Assembly (NCBI GenBank): GCA_016234805.1
Contig: JACRNU010000055.1
Location: 14,039-78,038, forward strand
Source: Elusimicrobiota bacterium
GTDB lineage: Bacteria > Elusimicrobiota > Elusimicrobia > UBA1565 > UBA9628
DNA: 64,000 nucleotides
Direction of reading: 5' to 3'
The translations under genes and the position numbers were made by a program. This document shows positions 54,150 to 62,770 of the stretch, one piece after another. Under the pieces are notes generated by a model. The model had not been told where the DNA came from, searched no databases, and saw only the letters and a program-made list of their open reading frames with translations. Positions within the stretch are counted from its first letter, which is position 1; the number at the start of each line of letters is the position of its first letter.

Positions 54150-55582
54150 CCTGCGTGAGAGGGGAAAAAGGCATCCACAGGATTCCCCTCGCCTTGCCTC
54201 GGTCTTTGGAACCCCGAAGGGAGGACCTGGAGGAAGCCTTGCTGTCCGCCCAGCGCCGACTGAAGGACTTCGCCGACCGGAACGGCTGGGCCGATCTCGT
54301 CAAGGATAGATTCGCCGACCAAGCCGAGATTTTCAATGACAAAGCCGAGTTCGATGCGGCGCTGATCCGGCTGACGGGCGCCGACCCTTCGACCAAGCTG
54401 CCCAAGACCTATTCCGCCGCTCTGGAGAAAGGCGTCTTCTTGTCCGTCTCGCCCAGGCTGTACCAAGAGAACTACCCGCAAGGCTCCGAGGACGGCGCCT
54501 TCGAGAAACTGGTCGCCCATGAGATGGCTCACCGACTGCACATCCGTATTCTGAAAGGAGATGAGGATGCCATGGGGCCGATCTGGTTCTACGAGGGATT
54601 CGCCATCCATGCCGCAGGGCAGTTCGAAACGCTTCCGATCCGGTTGAGCCCCGAGGAGATCCAGGAAGTGGTCGACAGCGCGACAAGAGGCAGCTACGCG
54701 AAATACGGCGCCGCGTTCCGGCATTTCCTGGAGAAAGCTCCCATCCAGGAGCTGGTGAAAAGGGCCGGAGGCAAGGACTTCCCGGACTACCTGAGACGGA
54801 TTGACAGGCCTTTTCTTCTGACCCAGGCCACGAAAGGCGACTGCAAGGGAACCATCCTGCTGGTCCAAGGCAGCGCGCCCTTCAATATCGACGGCCGCAT
54901 CCCGGTCAAGGGCCGCTCCGCGTATCACAACATCGAGTTTTACAGGGATATGGCCGACGCCCTCAACTCCTACGGCTGGGATGTCGTCCGGTATGCCAAG
55001 CCCGGCGTCTACAAGGATCGGATCGATCTTAATGAATACGACAAAACCGACCTTGCGACCATCATGCGCCAGTTGAACGCCATCTGGAACGAGATGCCGT
55101 CCCGGAAGCCCCGCATCATCTTCGCTTGGAGCGAAGGGACTCTGCACGCTTCGCGATTGCCGCTTTCTGAAGCCAGCGCGGTCATTCTCCTGGGAGCGAT
55201 ATCAACGAACATCAGGGATGTGATTCTCGCGCAAGGGGGATCGCCAAAAGAAATAAAGGCCATCAGGAAAATGGGCCGCGAAGAGATGTTGGGGATAGAT
55301 CGCCCTGCCGGAAGGCTTCTCGATGAGCTCGCCATGGCGGACAACTGGCGGTTCTTCGAGAAGCACCCAGATCTTCCCATGCTGATCCTGCATGGGGAAG
55401 AAGACACGGAGGTTCCGGCCTCCCATGCGAAGACATGGAAAACCATGCTGCCCAGGCACCGCATCGACCTTGTCTTGAAGCCGTCCGGCAATCACATGTT
55501 CGGAGTCGCGCAATCGCCGGATATCGCTGCCCTGGCAGGGACAATCCAAGGATGGCTGGCGGAGACCCTTCAGACCAAATGA
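54146..55582 (+). CDS. HExxH gluzincin-like domain + alpha/beta hydrolase fusion
   Basis: AHEMAH..PIWFYEG; FAWSEG, LHGEEDTEV, GNHMF; overlaps both neighbours (ATGA). Confidence 0.65.
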   Translation: MTCVRGEKGIHRIPLALPRSLEPRREDLEEALLSAQRRLKDFADRNGWADLVKDRFADQAEIFNDKAEFDAALIRLTGADPSTKLPKTYSAALEKGVFLSVSPRLYQENYPQGSEDGAFEKLVAHEMAHRLHIRILKGDEDAMGPIWFYEGFAIHAAGQFETLPIRLSPEEIQEVVDSATRGSYAKYGAAFRHFLEKAPIQELVKRAGGKDFPDYLRRIDRPFLLTQATKGDCKGTILLVQGSAPFNIDGRIPVKGRSAYHNIEFYRDMADALNSYGWDVVRYAKPGVYKDRIDLNEYDKTDLATIMRQLNAIWNEMPSRKPRIIFAWSEGTLHASRLPLSEASAVILLGAISTNIRDVILAQGGSPKEIKAIRKMGREEMLGIDRPAGRLLDELAMADNWRFFEKHPDLPMLILHGEEDTEVPASHAKTWKTMLPRHRIDLVLKPSGNHMFGVAQSPDIAALAGTIQGWLAETLQTK

Positions 55583-56517
55583 GATACTGCATCCTCTTCG
55601 CCGGCCAATCCGTGCAGGAGTCCGGCATGTGCCGGGAGCTCTGGAAGCTCCCCGCGGCCAGGGAGATCCTCGACCGCTTGAAGCCCTCCCTCGGCTCCGA
55701 CCTCGAATACGTCACGACCGAGATGCCCGAACCCGAACTGGCCAGGACCTTCAACGCCCAGCGGGCCATCCACGCCCACCACCTGGGCCACTGGTTCGCC
55801 TACAAAGCCGCGCATCCGGGCCTGGTCCTCGACGGGAGCGTGGGCCACTCCATGGGCATCGCGGCCGCGCTCGTGGCTGCCGGGGCCATGAGCGTGGAGG
55901 ACTCAGGCGCCTTCATCCGCGCCCGGGCCCAGGCCTTCTCAGAAGTGTGCGCGGCCTTCAAGGAGCCCATGGGCCTGGCAGCGGTCATGACGGACTTCCT
56001 GGGCGACTACATGGAGAAGATCGAATCCTTCCCTGGCGTGAGCCTGGCCCTGCACAACACCATCGGCCGCGGCACAGCCGGAGGCACCTTGGCCAGCCTC
56101 GAGGCTTTCGCACGGCACAGCCAAGCCGAAGGGTGGCCCATGAAGATCAAGGTGCTCAAGGTCGAGGGCCCCTATCACACCGCGGCTTTCATGGCTGCCG
56201 AGCCGGCCCTGCTCCAGGCCCTGGCCGGCATCAGGCTCGACTCTCCCAAGGTCCCGGTCTTCATGGGGACTTCGGGCAAGTCTGAGACCGACCCGTCGGA
56301 GATCAGCCGTCTGCTCGCTGCCCAGCCCCACACGCGGGAGAAGCACTTCGACGCGGTCTGGGCCGCCTGCGACTCGGGGTGCAGGAACTTCCTCGAGATC
56401 GCGCACAAGCCCCAGCCCGTGACCTGGATCAGCGACCAGCTTCAGGACGAGGAAGGCGGGCTCATGGCAGGCGTGACCACGCTCGCGGTCAAGACCGCGG
56501 ACCTCGCCGCCCACTGA
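55579..56517 (+). CDS. fabD: Malonyl-CoA:ACP transacylase
   Basis: LFAGQSVQ, AQRAI, GHSMG, LKVEGPYHT. Confidence 0.88.
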   Translation: MRYCILFAGQSVQESGMCRELWKLPAAREILDRLKPSLGSDLEYVTTEMPEPELARTFNAQRAIHAHHLGHWFAYKAAHPGLVLDGSVGHSMGIAAALVAAGAMSVEDSGAFIRARAQAFSEVCAAFKEPMGLAAVMTDFLGDYMEKIESFPGVSLALHNTIGRGTAGGTLASLEAFARHSQAEGWPMKIKVLKVEGPYHTAAFMAAEPALLQALAGIRLDSPKVPVFMGTSGKSETDPSEISRLLAAQPHTREKHFDAVWAACDSGCRNFLEIAHKPQPVTWISDQLQDEEGGLMAGVTTLAVKTADLAAH

Positions 56518-56657
56518 GCACGGCCCCGGGCCGCAGTCGGCCTCAGGGAAAAGTGGGTGAGGTCGAGCGGGGAATGGTTGCTTTTCGACGGGAAATCGTG
56601 TTCAATAAGGTTACCGTCGGGCACGCTGAGGCCCGGCGCATAGGAGAACCGACCAAC

Positions 56658-56915
56658 ATGGCGAAGAAGGCGAACACGGCGTTTATGAAGCCCCTCACCC
56701 CCAGCGAGAAGCTCGCGCAGGTCGTCGGCTGCAAGCCCCTGCCGCGCACCGAAGTCGTCAAGAAGCTCTGGGCCTATATCAAGAAGAACGGCCTGCAGGA
56801 CAAGAAGAACAGGCGGAACATCAACGCGGACGCGGCGCTGAAGACGGTCTTCGGCGGAAAGTCCGTGGTCAACATGTTCGAGATGACCAAGCTGGTCAGC
56901 AAGCACCTCAGCTGA
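56658..56915 (+). CDS. SWIB/MDM2 domain protein
   Basis: AFMKPLTPS..LPRTEVVKKLWAYIKKNGLQD..MFEMTKLVSKHL; AGGAG RBS. Confidence 0.92.
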   Translation: MAKKANTAFMKPLTPSEKLAQVVGCKPLPRTEVVKKLWAYIKKNGLQDKKNRRNINADAALKTVFGGKSVVNMFEMTKLVSKHLS

Positions 56916-56980
56916 CCGCTCTCCCCGGGGGGTCCGCGGCGCCCGCCGCGGGCTCCCAGGGTCCTTACCCGGCCGGAGGA

Positions 56981-57358
56981 TCAGGCTCCCAGAAGGGAGC
57001 GGATCTTGCCGCGCAGGTCTTCGGGCTGGAAAGGCTTGACGATGTAGTCGTTCGCCCCGATCTCCTTGGCGGTCTTGATGTCGGTGGCGTACGACTTGCC
57101 GGACACGAAGAGGATCTTCGTGGCCTTGATGGCCTCTTCCGCCCGGATGCGCTGGCAGAGCTCGAACCCGTGCATCTTCGGCATGCTGACGTCGACGATG
57201 GCCAGGTCCGGCAGGGTCTTGCGGATGGCGTCGAGGCCCGAGTCTCCGTCAAAGGTCTGGGTCAGGTCGTACTGCTTGGCCAGAAGGGCGTCATAGAGGC
57301 TGCGGATGAGCGGGTCATCCTCGACCACCACGATCCGCTTCCTCGCCTCAGGCCCCAT
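56981..57358 (-). CDS. Single-domain response regulator (REC)
   Basis: VVEDD, VDVSMPKMHG, YIVKPF. Confidence 0.9.
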   Translation of the reverse strand: MGPEARKRIVVVEDDPLIRSLYDALLAKQYDLTQTFDGDSGLDAIRKTLPDLAIVDVSMPKMHGFELCQRIRAEEAIKATKILFVSGKSYATDIKTAKEIGANDYIVKPFQPEDLRGKIRSLLGA

Positions 57359-57475
57359 GCGAGTAGGATACCTGATACCGTCGTGGCCGTCAAGGACGGA
57401 AGTCATTTTCCGGATACCTCCAAGTCTGGTACAATGCTCCTCCAGGGCAAGAACGCGGATCACCAGGAGAGACCG

Positions 57476-57976
57476 ATGCCAGACACGATGGAGAACCTCA
57501 AGAACGCCTTCGCGGGAGAGAGCCAGGCCAACAGGAAATACCTCGCCTTCGCCAAGAAAGCCGAGGGAGACGGATTCCCCAAGGTCGCGCGCCTCTTCCG
57601 CGCCGCTGCCGAAGCCGAGACCATCCACGCCCTCGCCCACCTGCAGGCCATGGGCGGGGTCGGGTGCACGGCGGACAACCTTAAGACAGCGGTCAGCGGC
57701 GAGACCTACGAGTTCAAGGAGATGTACCCCCCCATGCTCGCCCAGGCAGAGAAGGACGGGCACAAGGCCAAGGTCATGTTCGACTTCGCGCTCAAGGCCG
57801 AGGAGGTCCACGCCGGCCTCTATGGAAAGGCCCTCGAATCCGTGCTCGCGGGCCGCGACCTCGAGTCCGCGGAGGTCTACCTCTGCCCATTCTGCGGGCA
57901 CATCGATCTCCGCAAGCCCTCGGCCGCCTGTCCCATCTGCGGGGCCAAGCCCGAGAAGTACGTGAAGGTCGACTGA
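57476..57976 (+). CDS. rbr: Rubrerythrin
   Basis: AFAGESQANRKY, ETIHA, EEVH, CPFCG..CPICG. Confidence 0.93.
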   Translation: MPDTMENLKNAFAGESQANRKYLAFAKKAEGDGFPKVARLFRAAAEAETIHALAHLQAMGGVGCTADNLKTAVSGETYEFKEMYPPMLAQAEKDGHKAKVMFDFALKAEEVHAGLYGKALESVLAGRDLESAEVYLCPFCGHIDLRKPSAACPICGAKPEKYVKVD

Positions 57977-57981
57977 GCGGC

Positions 57982-59133
57982 ATGCCCGCGCAGCGCCCGG
58001 ACCGCCCCCTGGTCGCGGTGGGCTTGAGCGGCGGCGTGGATTCAGCCGTCGCGGCCCTCGTGCTCAAGAAGACCGGCCACGAGGTCGTGGGCCTGACCAT
58101 GAAGACCTGGGACGGCGGCGTGGCCATCCCGGACGAGGGGCGGTCCGGGTGCTACGGCCCGGGGGAGGCCAGGGACGTCGAGTCCGCCGCGGCCGTGGCG
58201 CGGAAGCTGGGCATCCCGCATCACACCGTGGAGGTGGCGCGTGAGTACCGGGGAGCGGTCCTCGACTACTTCCGGTCCGAATACCTGGCCGGACGCACGC
58301 CCAACCCCTGCGTGAGGTGCAACCAGAGGATCAAGTTCGGGGCCCTCATCCGCCAGGCCCGGATCGACGGCATCCGCTTCGACCTCTTCGCTACCGGACA
58401 CTACGCCCGCCTCACCCGGGGCGAGGGATGCTCTCCTCTCGTCGGAGGGGGGCGGGTGGTTCTGCGCCGCGCCATGGACCGTCGCAAGGACCAGTCCTAC
58501 TTCCTTTCCGGGCTTTCCCAGGCCCAACTCAGCCGCATGCTCCTGCCCCTCGGCGAGCTCTCCAAGAACCAGGTCCGGTCCCTGGCGCGCGAGGCCGGAT
58601 GGGATGACCTGGCCTCCAGGCCCGAGAGCCAGAACTTCATCGAGAGCAAGAGCTACGAGGCCCTTTTCCGGCCAGGAGACAACCGCCCAGGCCCCATCCA
58701 CGACCTGGCAGGCAAGGTCGTGGGCGAGCACAAGGGCATCACGCGCTACACGGTCGGCCAGCGCAGGCGCGTGGGACTCGGAGGCCGCTCCGGCCCGCTC
58801 TACATCGTGGGGGTGGATGCCGCGGCCAATGCCGTGACCGTGGGCCCGAAGGAAGCCCTGCTCGCGGAGTCCTTCACGGCCCGCGAGGTCCGCTGGGCTG
58901 CCGCGTCTCCCCCGGAAGGTTCCCCTCGCCTGCTCGTGCAGGTCCGCAGCGGGCACCCCGGAGCCGAAGGGGTCGTGACCCCGGTCCGAGGGGGCCGGGA
59001 GGCCGCGGTGGCCTTCGACGAGCCCCAGCCTGCCTTGACCCCGGGCCAGACCGCCGTCTTCTACGAGGGCGACGCGGTCTTCGGAAGCGGCGTCATCGGA
59101 AGCGGTGTCGCTCGAAGTGGTGTCAGACGATAA
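57982..59133 (+). CDS. mnmA: tRNA 2-thiouridine(34) synthase
   Basis: SGGVDS, TPNPCVRCN, ATGHYA, KDQSYFL, YTVGQR, TPGQ. Confidence 0.93.
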   Translation: MPAQRPDRPLVAVGLSGGVDSAVAALVLKKTGHEVVGLTMKTWDGGVAIPDEGRSGCYGPGEARDVESAAAVARKLGIPHHTVEVAREYRGAVLDYFRSEYLAGRTPNPCVRCNQRIKFGALIRQARIDGIRFDLFATGHYARLTRGEGCSPLVGGGRVVLRRAMDRRKDQSYFLSGLSQAQLSRMLLPLGELSKNQVRSLAREAGWDDLASRPESQNFIESKSYEALFRPGDNRPGPIHDLAGKVVGEHKGITRYTVGQRRRVGLGGRSGPLYIVGVDAAANAVTVGPKEALLAESFTAREVRWAAASPPEGSPRLLVQVRSGHPGAEGVVTPVRGGREAAVAFDEPQPALTPGQTAVFYEGDAVFGSGVIGSGVARSGVRR

Positions 59134-59168
59134 GAAACGAAGACTTCACACCTTATCGTCTGACACCA
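59118..59168. repeat. REP-like hairpin overlapping mnmA stop
   Basis: Perfect 17-bp inverted repeat TGGTGTCAGACGATAAG / CTTATCGTCTGACACCA. Confidence 0.85.
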
Positions 59169-59188
59169 GTGTATGGTAGAATGCAGAC

Positions 59189-60550
59189 GTGACCAGCGCG
59201 CCTGAATATCGCTATCCTCAGAGCCCGGTCTTCTACCGCAACCTGACCAAGAGGTTCCCCAAGATCGTGTGCGGGGAGGGCTGCTGGCTCTTCGACGACC
59301 GGGGCAAGCGCTACCTCGACGCCTCCGGCGGCGCGTTCACGGTCAACATCGGCCACGGCGTGCGCGAGGTCGCGGAGGCCATCGGGGTCCAGGCCGGCCG
59401 GGTGGCCTACATCAACGGCACCGCCTTCACGAGCGACGCGGCCGAGGACCTCGCGGGAGAGCTCGTGAAGCTCAACCCCGAGGGCTTGCGCTACTCCTAC
59501 TTCCTGGGCTCCGGCTCGGAAGCCGTGGAGGCGGCGCTCAAGCTCGCCCGCCAGTACTGCGTGGAGACGGGCAAGCCCGGCAAGCACAAGATCATCGCCC
59601 AGAGCCCAGGCTATCACGGGAACACCCTGCTGGCCCTCTCGACCTCGGCGCGCGGCCACTACAAGAAGCTCTTCGAGGCTTGGCTCGTGAAGGTGCCGAT
59701 GATCCCGGCGCCCTACGCCTACCGCTGCCCCTGCGAAGGCAAAGCCTCCTGCCCGGCGTGCTCCGGCTCCATCCTTGAGAAGGTCATCCTCGAAGAAGGC
59801 GCGGACACCGTGGCGGCCTTCATCGCGGAGCCGGTCGGAGGCTCTTCCACCGGCGCCTCGGTGCCCAGGCCGGACTACTACCGCAGGGTGAGGGAGATCT
59901 GCGACAAGCACGACGTGGTCTTCATCGCGGACGAGGTCCTCACGGGCGCGGGCCGCACCGGCGAGTGGTCCGCCATGAAGCACTACGGCGTCTCGCCCGA
60001 CATCCTCGTGCTCGGCAAGGGCTTGAGCGGCGGCTACGTCCCCCTCTCCTGCGTTTCGACCTCGGAGAAGTTCATCGAGCCCCTGGCCAAGGGCTCGGGC
60101 TCCCTCAAGCATGCCCAGACCTTCTCCCACGCGCCCACGGCCTGCGCCGCGGGCCTGGCCGCGGTCCGCTACATCAAGAAGAACAACCTCATCGCCCGGG
60201 CCGCCAAGATGGGCAAGGTCCTGGCCCGGCACCTGGAGGTCCTCAAATCCCTGCACACCGTGGGCGACGTGCGGGGCATCGGGATGCTCCACGGCATCGA
60301 GTTCGTGGCTGACAAGAAGAAGAAGACCCCCCATCCCCGCTCGCTCAAATTCGCCGAGACCTTCGTGGATTTCGCGCAGGACAACGGCCTCATCCTCTGG
60401 CCCAACACGGGCCAGGCGGACGGGGTCAACGGCGACCTCGTCATGGTCGCCCCGCCGTTCACCATCACCGAGGAGGAGATCCGCCAGCTGGTCTCTCTCT
60501 TCGAGAACGCGCTGGAAAAGACGCTCGACCACCTCGGCGAGAAAGCATGA
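59189..60550 (+). CDS. Class III PLP aminotransferase (BioA/omega-amino acid type)
   Basis: SGSEAVE, YHGNT, FIADEVLTGAGRTG, LGKGLSGG. Confidence 0.9.
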   Translation: MTSAPEYRYPQSPVFYRNLTKRFPKIVCGEGCWLFDDRGKRYLDASGGAFTVNIGHGVREVAEAIGVQAGRVAYINGTAFTSDAAEDLAGELVKLNPEGLRYSYFLGSGSEAVEAALKLARQYCVETGKPGKHKIIAQSPGYHGNTLLALSTSARGHYKKLFEAWLVKVPMIPAPYAYRCPCEGKASCPACSGSILEKVILEEGADTVAAFIAEPVGGSSTGASVPRPDYYRRVREICDKHDVVFIADEVLTGAGRTGEWSAMKHYGVSPDILVLGKGLSGGYVPLSCVSTSEKFIEPLAKGSGSLKHAQTFSHAPTACAAGLAAVRYIKKNNLIARAAKMGKVLARHLEVLKSLHTVGDVRGIGMLHGIEFVADKKKKTPHPRSLKFAETFVDFAQDNGLILWPNTGQADGVNGDLVMVAPPFTITEEEIRQLVSLFENALEKTLDHLGEKA

Positions 60551-61848
60551 CCAAACCAGACTACCCCCGCATCCTCGTCACCCCGCCGGGCCCCAAGGCC
60601 GAGAAGATCATCGCCTTAGACCGCGCCTGGAGCTCCCCGTCCTACATCAAGGCCTACCCGCTCGCCATGGCAGGCGGGAAAGGGGCCATGGTCGAGGACG
60701 TGGACGGCAACCGCTACATCGACTTCATGGCAGGCATCGCGGTCTCCTCCACCGGCTACAACCACCCCAAGGTGGTCGCGGCCGTCCAAGAAGCGGCGGG
60801 CCGGTTCCTGCACATCTGCGGCACGGACTTCTACTACGAGACCATGTCGCGTCTCTGCGAGCGGCTCGGCAAGCTCGCGCCGGGCAAGGGCAAGAGCCGG
60901 GTCTTCCTCACCAACTCCGGGGCCGAGGCAGTCGAGGGCGCGGTCAAGCTCGCGCGCCACCACACCAAGAAGGCGCACCTCATCTCCTTCCAGGGCGCCT
61001 TCCACGGACGGACCTACGCGGCCATCTCGCTCACCGCGAGCAAGGTCAAGTACCGGGCCGGGTTCGGGCCGCTGCTGCCCGAGGTCACCCACATGCCCTA
61101 TTCCAACCCCTATCGCGGAGGCGACCCCATCGCAGCCGCCAAGGAAGTCTTCGAGCGGACCCTCTCCCCCAAGGACGTGGCCGCGGTGTTCATGGAGCCG
61201 GTGCTCGGGGAAGGCGGCTACGTCGTCCCGGACCCGGAGTTCGTCCGGTACTGGAGGAGCTTCTGCGACGAGCACGGAGCGCTCCTGGTCTTCGACGAGA
61301 TCCAGTCCGGCGCGGGCCGCACCGGCAAGTGGTGGGCGTGCGAGCACCACGGCGTCGAGCCCGACATCCTGCTCACGGCCAAGGGCCTGGGGTCAGGCAT
61401 GCCCATCGGCGCCATCGTGGCCAAGGAGAGCGTCATGACCTGGGGCCGCGGCACCCATGGCTCGACCTTCGGCGGCAATCCCGTGGCCTGCGCCGCGGCC
61501 TTGGCCACTCTCGACGTGATCGAAGCGGAGGGGCTCGCCAATGCCAGGAAGATGGGCGACCGGCTCATGAAGGGCCTTCTCAAACTCCAGGCCAAGCACC
61601 CCTGCATCGGCGACATCCGCGGCCTGGGCCTCATGGTCGGAGTGGAGTTCGTCAAGGACCGCGGGACCAAGGAGCCGGACTCGAAGCTCGTGGAGGAGCT
61701 CGAGCAGCGCGCCTTCCGCAAGGGGCTCCTCCTGCTCTCCTGCGGCAAATCCGTGATCAGGATCGCGCCGCCGCTCGTGCTCACGGAGTACGACGTGGAC
61801 GCGGGCCTCGGCATCCTCGACGAGTGCCTGGCCGAGCTCAAGCACTGA
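60547..61848 (+). CDS. Class III PLP aminotransferase (GabT/ArgD type)
   Basis: NSGAEAVE, FHGRT, DEIQSGAGRTG, AKGLGSG, STFGGNP. Confidence 0.92.
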   Translation: MTKPDYPRILVTPPGPKAEKIIALDRAWSSPSYIKAYPLAMAGGKGAMVEDVDGNRYIDFMAGIAVSSTGYNHPKVVAAVQEAAGRFLHICGTDFYYETMSRLCERLGKLAPGKGKSRVFLTNSGAEAVEGAVKLARHHTKKAHLISFQGAFHGRTYAAISLTASKVKYRAGFGPLLPEVTHMPYSNPYRGGDPIAAAKEVFERTLSPKDVAAVFMEPVLGEGGYVVPDPEFVRYWRSFCDEHGALLVFDEIQSGAGRTGKWWACEHHGVEPDILLTAKGLGSGMPIGAIVAKESVMTWGRGTHGSTFGGNPVACAAALATLDVIEAEGLANARKMGDRLMKGLLKLQAKHPCIGDIRGLGLMVGVEFVKDRGTKEPDSKLVEELEQRAFRKGLLLLSCGKSVIRIAPPLVLTEYDVDAGLGILDECLAELKH

Positions 61849-61864
61849 CGACCCCGAGGCTCCC

Positions 61865-62770
61865 ATGAAAGACAAGCTGCTCAGCATGAAGGAGGCCGTC
61901 GCGGGGTTCGTGCGCGACGGAGACACCGTGGTCATCGAGGGCTTCACGCACCTCATCTGCTTCGCAGCTGGCCACGAGATCATCCGGCAGGGCCGCAAGG
62001 ACCTCACCCTGGCCCGCCTGACCCCGGACCTCATCTACGACCAGATGATCGCGGCCGGTTGCGCCAGGAAGCTGGTCTTCTCCTGGGCGGGCAACCCCGG
62101 CATCGGCTCCCTGCACGCCTTCCGCCGCGCGGTCGAGTCCCAGCCGCCGACCCTGGCCATCGAGGAATACTCTCACTTCGGCATGGTGGGCAGGATGTGC
62201 GCCGGAGCCGCGAACCTTCCTTTCTGGCCCATGCGCAACTACACCGGGGCCGACATCCCGGGCTCCAACCCTCTCATCAAGACCGTGACCTGCCCCTACA
62301 CGGGCGAGAAGCTCGCGGCCGTGCCGGCCCTGCGGCCCGACGTCACCATCGTCCATGCCCAGCGCGCGGACAAGACGGGCAACGCCCAGATATGGGGGCT
62401 CATGGGCGTGCAGAAGGAGGCGGCCTTCGCCTCAAAGCGCGTCATCGTGGTGGTCGAGGAGCTCGTGGACGAAGCCGTCATCCGCTCAGACCCCAACCGC
62501 ACCTTGATCCCGGCCTTCCAGGTCGACGCCGTGGTTCACGAGCCCTGGGGAGCGCACCCTTCCTACTCCCAGGGCTACTACGACAGGGACAATGATTTCT
62601 ACGTCAAGTGGGACAAGATCGCCAGGGAAGATGCCTCCCTCAAGCAGTACCTGGATGAATTCGTCCGGGGCGTGAAAGACCGGAGCGAGTACATGAAGAA
62701 GCACCCTGGCCTGGCCGAGCGCCTCAAAGCCAAGCCCTCCGTGTGCGCGGGGGTCGACTATGGCTACTGA
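61865..62770 (+). CDS. Family I CoA-transferase subunit A (glutaconate/3-oxoadipate type)
   Basis: VRDGDTV, HEIIRQG, VHAQRAD..GN, GAHPS. Confidence 0.88.
   Translation: MKDKLLSMKEAVAGFVRDGDTVVIEGFTHLICFAAGHEIIRQGRKDLTLARLTPDLIYDQMIAAGCARKLVFSWAGNPGIGSLHAFRRAVESQPPTLAIEEYSHFGMVGRMCAGAANLPFWPMRNYTGADIPGSNPLIKTVTCPYTGEKLAAVPALRPDVTIVHAQRADKTGNAQIWGLMGVQKEAAFASKRVIVVVEELVDEAVIRSDPNRTLIPAFQVDAVVHEPWGAHPSYSQGYYDRDNDFYVKWDKIAREDASLKQYLDEFVRGVKDRSEYMKKHPGLAERLKAKPSVCAGVDYGY

Noticed and set aside
58417-58452. GEGCSPLVGGG insert in mnmA as a copy of the 52691 hairpin
   Set aside because: Similarity is limited to a short GGGATGCYCTCC core; too weak to support
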